DNA from: Patescibacteria group bacterium
GTDB taxonomy: Bacteria > Patescibacteriota > Patescibacteriia > UBA9570
NCBI GenBank assembly: GCA_041665365.1
Contig: JBAYIY010000004.1
Location: 8,610-72,609, forward strand
Length of the DNA: 64,000 nt
Direction: 5' to 3'
Positions 39,216-49,132 of this stretch are shown one piece after another; position 1 is the stretch's first letter, and the number at the start of each line of letters is the position of its first letter. The notes beneath the pieces were generated by a model. The model did not search any database and was not told the origin of the DNA. It worked only from the letters and a program-made list of their open reading frames with translations. Both the position numbers and the translations under genes were made by a program.

Positions 39216-40394
39216 ATGCGTAAAGTCTTCACATCTGAGTCAGTCACCGAGGGTCATCCCGATAAAATGGCTGATCAAATTTCCGATGCGGTGCTCGATG
39301 CCATTTTAGCCCTTGATCCAAAGGGGCGAGTGGCTTGCGAAACTTATTTAACCAATGGTGTGTGTTTGGTGGGTGGAGAGGTAACTACCTCTGCCAAGAT
39401 TGATGTCCCAAACTTAGTGCGCGCCGTCATTAAAGATATTGGTTATGCCAAATCCGATTATGGGTTTCATTGGGAAACGTCTGGTTTGATGGTAACAATA
39501 AAAGAGCAATCGCCTGACATTGCCATGGGTGTGGATAGTATTAAAGACCAACAAGAAGATCTGGCTAATTTAGGGGCAGGTGACCAAGGCCTGATGTTTG
39601 GTTATGCCTGTAATGAAACGAAAGAATTAATGCCATTACCAATTGTTTTGGCGCATAAATTAGCCAAACGCTTAGCAGAAGTGCGCAAAAAAAATATTAT
39701 TAAAGGTTTGCGCCCAGATGGTAAAAGTCAGGTTACGGTAGAATATGACGAAAATGATCAACCGGTGCGGGTTCGGTCAGTGTTAATTTCAGCACAGCAT
39801 AATCCAGAATTATCGGTTAAAAAACTCAAGCCGCAGATTATTAAACAGGTAATCAAAGCAGTTATTCCAAAAAACTTGTTAGATAAAGATACGCTATATT
39901 ATGTTAATCCAACTGGTCGATTTGTGATTGGTGGGCCACAAGGCGATACTGGTTTAACCGGCCGCAAGATTATTGTGGATACCTATGGTGGTTATGCCCG
40001 CCATGGTGGCGGTGCTTTTTCTGGCAAAGATCCCAGTAAAGTTGATCGCACCGGCAGTTACGCCGCGCGCTGGATTGCAAAAAATATTGTGGCGGCTAAA
40101 TTAGCCTCACGCGCTGAAGTGCAAGTAGCCTATGCCATCGGTATGGCCGAACCGTTATCGGTGCGCGTTGATACGTTTGGTACCGGCGTAGTTGGAGACG
40201 ATATTCTAGCTGACGCTGTACAACAAGTGTTTGATTTACGTCCCGGCATGATTATTAAAGCACTAAATTTACGTCAGCCAATTTATAAACAAACCGCGGC
40301 CTATGGTCATTTTGGTCGAAACGATTTAAAACTACCTTGGGAACAAACCAATCGTATTATCCAACTTAAACAAGCCGTGAAGAAATTACAATAA
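39216..40394 (+). CDS. metK: S-adenosylmethionine synthetase
   Basis: '[25 protein letters not shown]', '[23 protein letters not shown]'. Confidence 0.95.
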   Translation: MRKVFTSESVTEGHPDKMADQISDAVLDAILALDPKGRVACETYLTNGVCLVGGEVTTSAKIDVPNLVRAVIKDIGYAKSDYGFHWETSGLMVTIKEQSPDIAMGVDSIKDQQEDLANLGAGDQGLMFGYACNETKELMPLPIVLAHKLAKRLAEVRKKNIIKGLRPDGKSQVTVEYDENDQPVRVRSVLISAQHNPELSVKKLKPQIIKQVIKAVIPKNLLDKDTLYYVNPTGRFVIGGPQGDTGLTGRKIIVDTYGGYARHGGGAFSGKDPSKVDRTGSYAARWIAKNIVAAKLASRAEVQVAYAIGMAEPLSVRVDTFGTGVVGDDILADAVQQVFDLRPGMIIKALNLRQPIYKQTAAYGHFGRNDLKLPWEQTNRIIQLKQAVKKLQ

Positions 40395-41359
40395 TGTCGG
40401 TTATCGTGTCAGGCTCAATTGCGTTCGATCGCATCATGGATTTTCCTGGAAAATTTTCTGACCATATTCTGCCTAATAAAATTCATAATCTCAATGTCAG
40501 TTTTGGTCTAGATAAATTATCCATCGAGTTTGGTGGTACCGCCGGTAATATCGCTTATACACTATCATTATTTGGAGAAAAACCCAGTATTGTTGGTAGT
40601 GTCGGTCATGATTTTGCTCCCTACAAAAAGCATCTTATCAAACACCATATCAATCTTCGGGACATTCGTGTAATTCCAAAAGAAACCTGTGCCACCGCTC
40701 ACATTATTACCGACCAAGGTGATAATCAAATAGCTGGTTTTCATTTCGGTGCCATTAGTTATCCGGCCGTGTCAGCACAGATCGTAACAAAACAAACCAA
40801 ATTAGGTATTATAGCGGCTGGTAATCTTGCTGATATGATGAAACTATCCGAGCAATATCGCCATAATCATGTTCCGTTTATTGTCGATCCAGGACAACAA
40901 CTTACCTGGCTAACCGGAGCACAATTAACCTATTTATTAAATGGTGCTCACACCTTGGTGGTAAATGATTATGAACTGGCTGTGGTTCAAAAAAAATTAA
41001 TGTCTGTAGAGACACGCCATGGCGTGTCTCTACAGAATAAATCGTCTCTACAAAATTTGACCCAATTGGTTGTCACCAAAGGTGAAAAAGGCGCCGATTG
41101 GTTTGTGGGTGGAAAACGCTATGTTTTGCCGGTGGCTAAACCCACCCGGGTATTAGATCCAACCGGGGCAGGTGATGCCTACCGCAGTGGCATAATTCTT
41201 GGTATACTCCGCCAGTGGTCACCCGAGCAAGCTGGTCGTGTGGCCGCTTTATGTGCGACGTATGCCATCGAACAATACGGCACACAAAACCACACGTTTA
41301 CAAAAACACAATTTAAAAAACGCTATTATAAAAATTTTAAACATAATATAATTATTTAA
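40394..41359 (+). CDS. PfkB-family carbohydrate/nucleoside kinase, likely adenosine kinase given the metK/ahcY context
   Basis: 'NDYE' (NxxE motif). 'DPTGAGDAYRSG' anion-hole motif. Confidence 0.7.
   Translation: MSVIVSGSIAFDRIMDFPGKFSDHILPNKIHNLNVSFGLDKLSIEFGGTAGNIAYTLSLFGEKPSIVGSVGHDFAPYKKHLIKHHINLRDIRVIPKETCATAHIITDQGDNQIAGFHFGAISYPAVSAQIVTKQTKLGIIAAGNLADMMKLSEQYRHNHVPFIVDPGQQLTWLTGAQLTYLLNGAHTLVVNDYELAVVQKKLMSVETRHGVSLQNKSSLQNLTQLVVTKGEKGADWFVGGKRYVLPVAKPTRVLDPTGAGDAYRSGIILGILRQWSPEQAGRVAALCATYAIEQYGTQNHTFTKTQFKKRYYKNFKHNIII
41003..41036. repeat. 34-nt perfect palindrome (tctgtagagacacgcc|atgg|cgtgtctctacaga) inside the adoK coding sequence, in frame (encodes SVETRHGVSLQ). A duplicated half-arm 'cgtctctaca' follows at 41044-41053.
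   Basis: Exact reverse-complement symmetry verified. Same arm family as 11753-11794. Confidence 0.75.
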
Positions 41360-41365
41360 TCGATA

Positions 41366-41396
41366 GGTAGAGACGTGCCGCCGGCACGTTTCTACC
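41366..41396. repeat. Imperfect palindrome ggtagagacgtgcc-gccggc-ggcacgtttctacc between adoK and ahcY
   Basis: One mismatch in the 14-bp arms. Family core GTAGAGACG. Confidence 0.6.
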
Positions 41397-41418
41397 GAGT
41401 GTATCAATTAACCATCAT

Positions 41419-42678
41419 ATGAAAAATTACGACGTCAAGGATCTCAAATTAGCCGATGGTGGTAAACAACGCATTGAATGGGCCGACCATGATATGCCCG
41501 TCTTACGCGCCATTCGTGACCGATTTTCTAAACAACAACCACTCAAAGGCATGACGATGTCGTGTTGTCTACACGTCACAGCCGAAACTGCGAATTTAAT
41601 GCGCACCCTGCAAGCCAGTGGCGCCGATGTGGTGCTCTGTGCTTCAAATCCTTTATCCACTCAAGATGATGTGGCAGCTGCGTTAGTGAAACACTACAAC
41701 ATTCCAGTGTTTGCTATTACTGGTGAAAATAACGCCTCATATTATAAGCACTTACAAGCAGCCGTCGCGCATAAACCCAATGTCACTATGGATGATGGCG
41801 CCGATTTAGTGAGTGCGATCCTAAAAGATCACCCTGAGTTGCATAATAAAATCGTCGCTTCCATGGAAGAAACCACCACTGGTGTTATTCGCTTACGCGC
41901 CATGGAAAAAGATGGTGTCTTGAAATTTCCTGTTGTGGCCGTAAATGATGCCGCCTGCAAACATTTTTTTGATAATAGATATGGTACTGGTCAATCAACC
42001 ATTGATGGTATCGTGCGTGCCACCGATGTGTTGTTAGCCGGTTCAACTTTTGTGGTAGCCGGTTATGGCTGGTGTGGCCGCGGTTTAGCCGATCGTGCCC
42101 GTGGTATGGGAGCTAACGTGATTGTGACAGAAGTGGATCCAATTAAAGCGTTAGAAGCGGTGATGGATGGTTTCCGCGTCATGCCGATGTTAGAAGCTGT
42201 GAAACAAGCCGATATTATTTGTACCGTGACTGGTAATATTAATGTATTAGACACTAAACATTTTCAAGCCATGAAGGATGGTGTGTTAGTAGCCAATTCA
42301 GGGCACTTCAATGTTGAGATCAATCTTGATAATCTAAAAAAACTTAGTAAATCGGTAGAACGGGTGCGTGAGTTTGTAGAAGCCTACACTTTAAAAACCG
42401 GTAAAATTGTTCATGTGCTGGGTGAAGGCCGCTTAGTAAATTTGGCCGCCGCCGAAGGTCATCCCGCTTCTGTGATGGATATGAGTTTTGCCGTGCAAGC
42501 TCTCACTACCGAATGGGCGATTAAGAATCATAAAACCCTCACGGCTCAAGTCTATAACGTACCGGAACAAATCGATGATAGTGTCTCCCGCTTAAAACTT
42601 AAAACCATGGGCGTTAAATTAGAACAACTTACTCCAGAACAAAAAAAGTATCTGTCTTCCTGGGAAATGGGGACATAG
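41419..42678 (+). CDS. ahcY: Adenosylhomocysteinase
   Basis: '[17 protein letters not shown]', NAD-binding '[10 protein letters not shown]'. 419 aa. Confidence 0.95.
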   Translation: MKNYDVKDLKLADGGKQRIEWADHDMPVLRAIRDRFSKQQPLKGMTMSCCLHVTAETANLMRTLQASGADVVLCASNPLSTQDDVAAALVKHYNIPVFAITGENNASYYKHLQAAVAHKPNVTMDDGADLVSAILKDHPELHNKIVASMEETTTGVIRLRAMEKDGVLKFPVVAVNDAACKHFFDNRYGTGQSTIDGIVRATDVLLAGSTFVVAGYGWCGRGLADRARGMGANVIVTEVDPIKALEAVMDGFRVMPMLEAVKQADIICTVTGNINVLDTKHFQAMKDGVLVANSGHFNVEINLDNLKKLSKSVERVREFVEAYTLKTGKIVHVLGEGRLVNLAAAEGHPASVMDMSFAVQALTTEWAIKNHKTLTAQVYNVPEQIDDSVSRLKLKTMGVKLEQLTPEQKKYLSSWEMGT

Positions 42679-42736
42679 GGTGAGGAAGTGACATGCATAA
42701 TCACCTTATTTCATAAGGGTATTATAGTCATACTTG

Positions 42737-42766
42737 CAAATTGCTCTTTCATGAGCAATTTGTTTG
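42737..42766 (+). terminator. Intrinsic terminator after ahcY (caaattgctc-tttcat-gagcaatttg-tttg)
   Basis: 10-bp perfect stem, 6-nt loop, then a T-run. Confidence 0.6.
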
Positions 42767-42800
42767 AAGGTAGTCATAGTCTGTCCGAATCGTTCGCCTC

Positions 42801-42829
42801 TTGACATCAATTTCATGTACTAGTACACT
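42801..42829 (+). promoter_or_regulatory. Sigma70-like promoter (TTGACA-17-TACACT) for the trpR-like gene, overlapped by the 12-nt palindrome tgtactagtaca (42816-42827) and bracketed by ctgtcc/ggacag inverted repeats
   Basis: Read directly from the sequence. Confidence 0.4.
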
Positions 42830-42838
42830 AGGACAGAT

Positions 42839-43093
42839 ATGAACGATACGCAGCGGTACAAGAAAAATTTAATTCACTTTCTCACCAAGATTGATCGGCC
42901 TGAATTTATGGCCGCCGTGCTTAATGATCTGTTGACTCCTGGTGAGTTAGCCGAAATTGCTAAACGCTTAGAAATTATTACATTATTAAAACGCGGCGTC
43001 AGTCAACGAGCCATCAGCCAACAACTGGGTGTTGGTATTGCCACCGTCACGCGCGGTGCACGTCTTTTGGCCACATCAAAACACTGGCAGTGA
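42839..43093 (+). CDS. TrpR-like DNA-binding protein, YerC/YecD family
   Basis: 'LLTPGELAEIAKRLEIITLLKRGVSQRAISQQLGVGIATVTRGARLL' is a TrpR/YerC-type HTH. Confidence 0.65.
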   Translation: MNDTQRYKKNLIHFLTKIDRPEFMAAVLNDLLTPGELAEIAKRLEIITLLKRGVSQRAISQQLGVGIATVTRGARLLATSKHWQ

Positions 43094-43121
43094 TTTGTTT
43101 GTTGGCCAGAGGGAGACACAC

Positions 43122-43295
43122 ATGTCACATGTGCATCAATTCATCCTCGTCGTCGATCAGAACACCTCCACCGCTGTTATGCGTTGTGATGACTGTGGTG
43201 AGGAACGTCCGGTTGATGTCGTGGTGCCGGAGGAGACTGATTCTCAGGAAACTGATAGCGCTGAAGATGATGATTTCGGTGTGCTCTGCTGGTAG
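43122..43295 (+). CDS. Small acidic protein (57 aa) with a CxxC pair
   Basis: An ATG with a purine-rich stretch (gggagacacac) upstream. 'RCDDCGEERP'. Acidic tail. Confidence 0.35.
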   Translation: MSHVHQFILVVDQNTSTAVMRCDDCGEERPVDVVVPEETDSQETDSAEDDDFGVLCW

Positions 43296-43313
43296 TGGCT
43301 CCTTCATTCAAGT

Positions 43314-43346
43314 CCTGGAGTAGGTGATGCATTCATCTACTCCAGG
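43314..43346. repeat. Hairpin (cctggagtag...ctactccagg, 10-bp stem). Not a GTAGAGAC-family member.
   Basis: Inverted repeat read directly. No T-tract follows. Confidence 0.4.
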
Positions 43347-43403
43347 CACTATACCCCTCTGATAATAATTGACTAAATCAAAAAAAACTGATATTTTTTC
43401 ATT

Positions 43404-43568
43404 ATGAATGTACAGCTAAACGATCCAACTTTTGATGAATTGTGCGAAAAAATTGCTCAGGGCAAAGCCACACCTAGTGACATGGAAGCGGCGTTTAAAT
43501 CTTTGAATAGTGACATTGATGCCTTTTCAGCAGATGTCCAAGATCAGCTTTATAAGAATAAAAAATGA
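43404..43568 (+). CDS. Small protein (54 aa), translationally coupled (ATGA overlap) to the following 421-aa gene
   Basis: ORF 'MNVQLNDPTFDELCEKIAQGKATPSDMEAAFKSLNSDIDAFSADVQDQLYKNKK'. Its stop overlaps the start at 43565. Confidence 0.4.
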   Translation: MNVQLNDPTFDELCEKIAQGKATPSDMEAAFKSLNSDIDAFSADVQDQLYKNKK

Positions 43569-44830
43569 GCCACGAAAAAACTCGTCCACCGTTACCACGA
43601 CGAAGTGAGCCAAGGCAAGATACACCAAGGACAGGTGAGGCTACACCTGAAACGTTGCGGGCTTATCTTGATCATCTGGCTGAATCCAGCCGCCGTTTTG
43701 ACAGTGCTTTGACGCATTATCACACTTTATTGCAAGAACAAGATCAAGCCGAAGGAAATTTAATAACGCTGGAGCAACAATATCAAAATGAACAACGATT
43801 TGCGTTACTTAAAGCTAAGGCAACAAAGCTAGCCTGGGCGACAATACGTTATGTCACCTCTAGTACCATTGTAGGAGCAGGCAGTGGTGCAGCAGCCCAT
43901 ATGTTAAGTGGCGATCCGTCTTTCACTATTTTAGCTAGTGCTGGTGGAGCCATGGTTGGATCAGCGCTAGAGTTTGGTTTATCACATCTGGAAGAAACTA
44001 ATGATTACTCAGATAAATTTTTTGAGTTATATGAGCCGACGCAAGCATATATGCAAGATAAAAAACGGCGTGAACAAAATAAAGACGATAACCCTACCAA
44101 CCGTGAGGCCGAAATTAAATTGTTAGTAGAACAACTATCTGCTTTACAAACAGACATCGCTAACCTTGAAAAAGAAATTGATGATATCGGCAGTAGCGGC
44201 CAGGCCTTATTCAAAGACCCACGAGCACCGCTTCCCACTGCAGATCCAGCACGGTCAGAAGCTGAGGCGGCGGTGCGAGCTTTGGCGGAACATTTACGCA
44301 CAGCTGGCCAACGTTTAAATGAACTCTTAGCACAGTATTTTGAAATGACCGTGGTGGCCGAGAGTGCTGAACATTATTTGGCGGCACGTCAACAAATTTA
44401 TGATCGTAGTAAGGCAGCCGTGCAAATACGAGTGACTGCGCGCCAAGCTTGGGAGATGTTGAAAACAGCTCATATGACTCTCAGTGCAGCTGGTATTTTA
44501 GGGATGGCTGGCTATATCTATAATGCAGGTCAACCAGGTTCTAATGTACCTATGGCGGTATTAGGTGGAGCGGTCGGATCAGCCATAGGTTGGTTTCAAA
44601 TTTCTCGTTTGGAGAAAAAAGTTTGGCATAAAAATATACCCCATGGTCAATACGAGATTAGTGATCAATTAGCGGTGCGAGAAGATTATCAGTTGGCCAC
44701 TGATCCAGCCTTACAAGAGGCCGAAGCACTGTTAACTGAGGCACAATTACACCGGCAGCAAATGCAAGCTGAACAAGCTAAATTATCTGCCGAGCTTGAG
44801 GCCTTCATGGCTAAGTATCCAATGAAGTGA
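43565..44830 (+). CDS. Hypothetical 421-aa protein with long coiled-coil segments and four glycine-zipper-like (GxxxG/SxxxG) hydrophobic stretches, possibly membrane-inserting. Its GC content is higher than its neighbours.
   Basis: 'VGAGSGAAAHMLSG', 'ASAGGAMVGSALEFG', 'AAGILGMAGYIYNAG', 'AVLGGAVGSAIGWF'. Heptad-like Q/E/L-rich stretches. Confidence 0.45.
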   Translation: MSHEKTRPPLPRRSEPRQDTPRTGEATPETLRAYLDHLAESSRRFDSALTHYHTLLQEQDQAEGNLITLEQQYQNEQRFALLKAKATKLAWATIRYVTSSTIVGAGSGAAAHMLSGDPSFTILASAGGAMVGSALEFGLSHLEETNDYSDKFFELYEPTQAYMQDKKRREQNKDDNPTNREAEIKLLVEQLSALQTDIANLEKEIDDIGSSGQALFKDPRAPLPTADPARSEAEAAVRALAEHLRTAGQRLNELLAQYFEMTVVAESAEHYLAARQQIYDRSKAAVQIRVTARQAWEMLKTAHMTLSAAGILGMAGYIYNAGQPGSNVPMAVLGGAVGSAIGWFQISRLEKKVWHKNIPHGQYEISDQLAVREDYQLATDPALQEAEALLTEAQLHRQQMQAEQAKLSAELEAFMAKYPMK

Positions 44831-44846
44831 CATATTTAAATTTCAT

Positions 44847-44875
44847 TTGACAGCACTAATTTTTTGTAGTATCAT
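44847..44875 (+). promoter_or_regulatory. Sigma70-like promoter (TTGACA-17-TATCAT) upstream of the Bro-N gene
   Basis: Read directly. Confidence 0.4.
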
Positions 44876-44923
44876 CATCAATGATAGCGCCAACCAGAGC
44901 GCTTTTTATTTATAAACAATCCT

Positions 44924-45736
44924 ATGTCACCATCTAAAATTGCCTTATTTAAAGGTAAACAAATCAGAAAAACGTTCTATCACAAGGAATGGTGGTTTGT
45001 TATTAATGATGTAATCGAGTCTCTGACAGACTCCAGTGATCCGGCTCAGTACTTTAAACGTTTAAAATCTAGAGATGAGGAGCTAGCGGATCTGATCAAC
45101 AAAGGAGGGGTACAATTTGTACCACCCCTTATGCTGGCCATAGATACTACAGGAGGTAAACAAAAAATGTATTGTTGGCATACAGAAGGCCTCTTTCGTC
45201 TGGTTCAATCTATATCGTCACCAAAAGCTGAACCCTTTAAACGATGGTTAGCTAGAGTAGGTTATGAGCGCATTCAAGAAGTAGAAAATCCAGAATTGGC
45301 GACTAAACGAACTCGGATGTTGTACAAACTTAAGGGCTATAGTTCAGCCTGGATCGAAAAACGCCTTCGTGGTATGGCCATCCGTGAAGAATTAACCGAT
45401 GAATGGAAAAATCGCGGTGCTTCCGAGCAGCAAGATTATGAAATCTTAACAGCAGAAATTTCTAAGTCTACCTTTGGAGTAACACCACATGAGTACAAAA
45501 AACTCAAAGGTTTGAAACGTCAAAATCTACGTGATCATATGAATGACTTTGAACTGATTTTTAATATGCTTGGTGAACGCACAACCACAGAAATTCATCG
45601 TCTAGAAAATTCACAAGGTGTTCCAAAACTACGTAAAGACGCGAGAGCTGGTGGAGACGTTGCTGGTAATGCTCGACAACACTTAGAAAAACGCTTGGGT
45701 CGATCGATTGTGTCAAAAAATAACTTTTTAAAATAA
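44924..45736 (+). CDS. Bro-N domain protein (phage antirepressor-like) with an unassigned C-terminal half
   Basis: N-terminal 'FKGKQIRKTFYHKEWWFVINDVIESL...WHTEGLFRLVQSISSPKAEPFKRWL' matches the BRO-N pattern. Confidence 0.6.
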   Translation: MSPSKIALFKGKQIRKTFYHKEWWFVINDVIESLTDSSDPAQYFKRLKSRDEELADLINKGGVQFVPPLMLAIDTTGGKQKMYCWHTEGLFRLVQSISSPKAEPFKRWLARVGYERIQEVENPELATKRTRMLYKLKGYSSAWIEKRLRGMAIREELTDEWKNRGASEQQDYEILTAEISKSTFGVTPHEYKKLKGLKRQNLRDHMNDFELIFNMLGERTTTEIHRLENSQGVPKLRKDARAGGDVAGNARQHLEKRLGRSIVSKNNFLK

Positions 45737-45760
45737 TGTGATTCGTGATACATTCCTTCT

Positions 45761-45922
45761 ATGAATACTCTTACAACAACAAAAATTTGTCTGGCCTGTC
45801 GGCATGTATCCACCAATACTACCGACACCGCCTGCATGCAATGTGGTATGATGCTGGAAGAACAGTGTCCAAATTGTAAATTACCTAAATCGGAATGTGT
45901 ATGCCCAGAGAACCAGAACTAA
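45761..45922 (+). CDS. Small Cys-rich Zn-ribbon-like protein (53 aa), not in the supplied ORF track
   Basis: 'MNTLTTTKICLACRHVSTNTTDTACMQCGMMLEEQCPNCKLPKSECVCPENQN' carries four CxxC-type pairs. Codons counted directly. Confidence 0.4.
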   Translation: MNTLTTTKICLACRHVSTNTTDTACMQCGMMLEEQCPNCKLPKSECVCPENQN

Positions 45923-47013
45923 AACGGTTGCCACCTACTCATACTGAAAGAACTCCCCGTGAAGAATCAGGACAAATACAACCACGTGAGGTTGAAGCGC
46001 GGTCTTGGTGGAAAAAATTAATTGAACGTCATGTTAGCGAAGCATCAATTCCGGGTGTGGCCAATGGTATTGAACGTAGTACTTATGTGGCACCTAATAA
46101 ACCGGAAGATGAAGCTGTAATTATTCGTGAACGCATACTGTCAGGTAAATTAGTCGGTGTCACTCAAGTTCAGTTTAATCCAAAATCTGGTAGCGTTAGT
46201 GAGTATCGTCGCGAAACACCACAGGGGCAACCTTTGCGTGTGGTAGAAACCAATGACGCTGGTTGGTTGGATCAAGTCTATTCATATCAGGCACCCGGCA
46301 GAATTGCTCTGCAACAATATGATCATGAGCATAATGTGGTCTGGGATGGCACAATTACTCAAAGAGATGGGAGAGAAGTTGAAACCAGGCAAGCTACAGC
46401 CAACACTTTTGGTCAGATAGCAAGTGGTGTATTAGCAGATTGTAAAAGTATGGTGATTCAACGTGTGGGCACACGAGTTGATGGTGAAATCATAGAAGAT
46501 ATTATGGGTTTTAAACCGAACCAAGTTAAATTTACTGATGCCAGTAAGGGGCATGTCAATGTACACCGTGAAACTGTTATTATAGGAGGCAAACTTAGAA
46601 AAGAAAAAGTCACTGAATCAGTTGGTTCGGAAAGAAAAAGATATGTTACTTATACGAAACGACATGAGAGTGAATTAGATAGGCAAGTTGATGAAACCAG
46701 TGGTAATGTTATGAGATCTTATGAAATTAAAAAGCGCTACGATGATAGAGGCTCCATGGTCGAAACCAGAGAAACTACTGAGACGTTTACCGCCTCTGGT
46801 AAATTAGATCATAAAGAACTAAAGTTTAGTATAGGCGGCCGTGACTCTGTAGCACAGACCAACTATCAATATGACCAAAACTATCAATTGGTACTCATTG
46901 AAGAAATCGGTTTTGATGGTGTCACTAAACGCTATCATCGTGCCCCAAGAGGTACAAAAATACCAGAAGAAAAAGAACATTCTAGTGAATCTGGTTTTAT
47001 ATTGGTTGAATAA
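45895..47013 (+). CDS. Hypothetical charged protein (372 aa). The start is uncertain; it may begin at the TTG at 45927 after the Zn-ribbon ORF.
   Basis: Long ORF. No recognisable motif. Lys/Glu/Arg-rich. Confidence 0.45.
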   Translation: MCMPREPELKRLPPTHTERTPREESGQIQPREVEARSWWKKLIERHVSEASIPGVANGIERSTYVAPNKPEDEAVIIRERILSGKLVGVTQVQFNPKSGSVSEYRRETPQGQPLRVVETNDAGWLDQVYSYQAPGRIALQQYDHEHNVVWDGTITQRDGREVETRQATANTFGQIASGVLADCKSMVIQRVGTRVDGEIIEDIMGFKPNQVKFTDASKGHVNVHRETVIIGGKLRKEKVTESVGSERKRYVTYTKRHESELDRQVDETSGNVMRSYEIKKRYDDRGSMVETRETTETFTASGKLDHKELKFSIGGRDSVAQTNYQYDQNYQLVLIEEIGFDGVTKRYHRAPRGTKIPEEKEHSSESGFILVE

Positions 47014-47040
47014 TAATCAATCTGTGTTATACTGTTTTTC

Positions 47041-48033
47041 ATGTTAACACCAGGTAAAATCATTTTAGATCACGCTTTGCAAAACCATTATGCGGTTGGC
47101 GCGTTTAACGCCAATAATATGGAGCAAGTGCAAGCCATTATCGATGCGGCAGCGGAAACGCAATCGCCCGTGTTTATTCAAGTGTCGCGCGGGGCATTAA
47201 AATATTCCCGCTTAACTTATTTACGCAATATCATTTTAGCCGCCGCCGAAGAACATCCGGAAATACCTTTGGCTATGCACTTAGATCATGGCAACGGTTT
47301 GGAAGTAGTTAAAACCGCTATTGGTTTGGGTTTTACCTCTGTGATGATCGATGGTTCTTTAGATGAATCCGGGAAAAAGGCCTTGAGTTTTGAAGAAAAT
47401 TTAGCAGTCACTAAAGCGGTGGTTGAATATGCTCATCCGTTTGGGGTGAGTGTAGAAGCAGAATTAGGTACAATTGGTGGAGTCGAAGATGGCGCTGGTG
47501 TGAAAAGAATTTTAGTAACCGATCCAGCTCAAGCGGAAGATTTTGTCAAACAAACCTCGGTTGATTCTCTAGCCATCGCCATTGGTACTTCGCACGGGGC
47601 TTACAAATTTAAAGAGGCTTGTGTGTTGCAACATGAAGTAGTGGAAGAAATTCATCGACGCTTACCAAACTTACCTTTAGTGATGCACGGGTCATCGAGT
47701 GTGCCAGCAGAATTAGTGGCGATTGTGAATAAATACGGTGGCAATATGCCTAATAGTAAAGGTGTGGATATACCGCAGCTACAACAAACTATTAAGTTTG
47801 GTGTGAGTAAAGTAAATGTTGATACCGATGGTCGCATCGTGGTAACTGGCGCCATTCGTAAACAGTTCGCTGAACATCCCGAACAGTTTGACCCACGGGA
47901 ATATTTAGCTCCAGCGCGTGATGCCTTGCGGGACATGGTCAAAGGGCGCATGATCGCTTTTGGTTGTGCTAATCAAGCTCCAAAAATTAACCAAATTACT
48001 TTAGAACAAGCTAAACAATTTTATGCGCGTTAA
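47041..48033 (+). CDS. fba: Class II fructose-bisphosphate aldolase
   Basis: 'HLDHG' Zn site, 'AIGTSHGAYKF'. 330 aa. Confidence 0.9.
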   Translation: MLTPGKIILDHALQNHYAVGAFNANNMEQVQAIIDAAAETQSPVFIQVSRGALKYSRLTYLRNIILAAAEEHPEIPLAMHLDHGNGLEVVKTAIGLGFTSVMIDGSLDESGKKALSFEENLAVTKAVVEYAHPFGVSVEAELGTIGGVEDGAGVKRILVTDPAQAEDFVKQTSVDSLAIAIGTSHGAYKFKEACVLQHEVVEEIHRRLPNLPLVMHGSSSVPAELVAIVNKYGGNMPNSKGVDIPQLQQTIKFGVSKVNVDTDGRIVVTGAIRKQFAEHPEQFDPREYLAPARDALRDMVKGRMIAFGCANQAPKINQITLEQAKQFYAR

Positions 48034-48640
48034 AATTATTACCGTTATTTGTGTGCTGGCCATCATGGTTGGGTTAATTGCTTTAATTCAATGGAAAGCG
48101 TCAACTTCATCACCGGTACAAGGATCAACCGCTGATCCGGTGCGCGGCGACGACACCGCTAAAGTTTCCATTCAGGAATACAGTGATTTTCAATGCCCGG
48201 CGTGTAAGGCCTTAGAGCCAAACTTAAAAAAAGTCTTACAGGAATATCCCGGTCAGGTAAAGTTATCTTATAATGATTTTCCGTTACGTCAGGTACACCC
48301 GTCTGGTGCTTTAGCCGCCGAAGCTGGCCAATGTGCATATGCGCAAAATCGATTCTGGGATTACCATGATTTATTATTCCAACGCCAAAGTGAGTGGCCG
48401 ATAGCGGATAATGTTGAAACCACTTTAGCTGATTATGCGGCTGAGTTGGGGCTTGATCGAGATAAATTTCAACAGTGTTTAAATGACGATTCGACTCTGG
48501 CTAGTATTTCTGAAGATGAAACTGAAGGTAATAATGCCAAAATTACTTCCACACCAACCGTCTTTGTAAACGGAACTCGTTTAGTTGGACCAACCTATGA
48601 TCAACTCCATGCGGAAGTGGCAAAACAACTCGGTCAATAA
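48023..48640 (+). CDS. Membrane-anchored DsbA-like thiol:disulfide oxidoreductase (paralog 1)
   Basis: N-terminal TM. 'CPAC' thioredoxin active site. DsbA-fold length. Confidence 0.75.
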   Translation: MRVKIITVICVLAIMVGLIALIQWKASTSSPVQGSTADPVRGDDTAKVSIQEYSDFQCPACKALEPNLKKVLQEYPGQVKLSYNDFPLRQVHPSGALAAEAGQCAYAQNRFWDYHDLLFQRQSEWPIADNVETTLADYAAELGLDRDKFQQCLNDDSTLASISEDETEGNNAKITSTPTVFVNGTRLVGPTYDQLHAEVAKQLGQ

Positions 48641-49082
48641 GTATCTAGTATTTGGCCTACGGGTTGTCATTGGTTTGATTTTTGTGATCGCCGGTTTAAG
48701 TAAAACAACCGCGCCAATTGCAGAGTTTATTGGTTTAGCCAGACAGTGGAATATTTTACCAGAACCGTATGTCACCATTTACGCATTTTTATTGCCCTGG
48801 GTAGAACTAGTGTTTGGTTTAACTTTATTATTCGGTGCTTGGTCTCGATTAAGTGCCTTTATTGTGTTGTTAATGTTGCTGTCTTTTTTAATCGCTATTG
48901 GCATCAACATTTCTCGAGGAACGTTATTGCAAGACTGTGGTTGTTTTGGCGGTTGGTTTGAATTAGGTGCAACCTTCCAAGAATTATTCTGGCGAGATGC
49001 AGCTATGTTTGTTGGTACCCTATGGATAATGTTTATGCCAAAGCCATTGTGGTTATCGGTGGATCAATGGTTGACATCATAA
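48609..49082 (+). CDS. DoxX-family membrane protein
   Basis: 'VFGLRVVIGLIFVIAGLSK' and three or four TM helices. DoxX partners with DsbA-like proteins in known thiol-oxidoreductase complexes. The start is uncertain (48585 or 48609). Confidence 0.55.
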   Translation: MRKWQNNSVNKYLVFGLRVVIGLIFVIAGLSKTTAPIAEFIGLARQWNILPEPYVTIYAFLLPWVELVFGLTLLFGAWSRLSAFIVLLMLLSFLIAIGINISRGTLLQDCGCFGGWFELGATFQELFWRDAAMFVGTLWIMFMPKPLWLSVDQWLTS

Positions 49083-49132
49083 AATAATCATTTATACTAC
49101 ATACAGTAGTAATTAACTAACGCACGCGTTTT

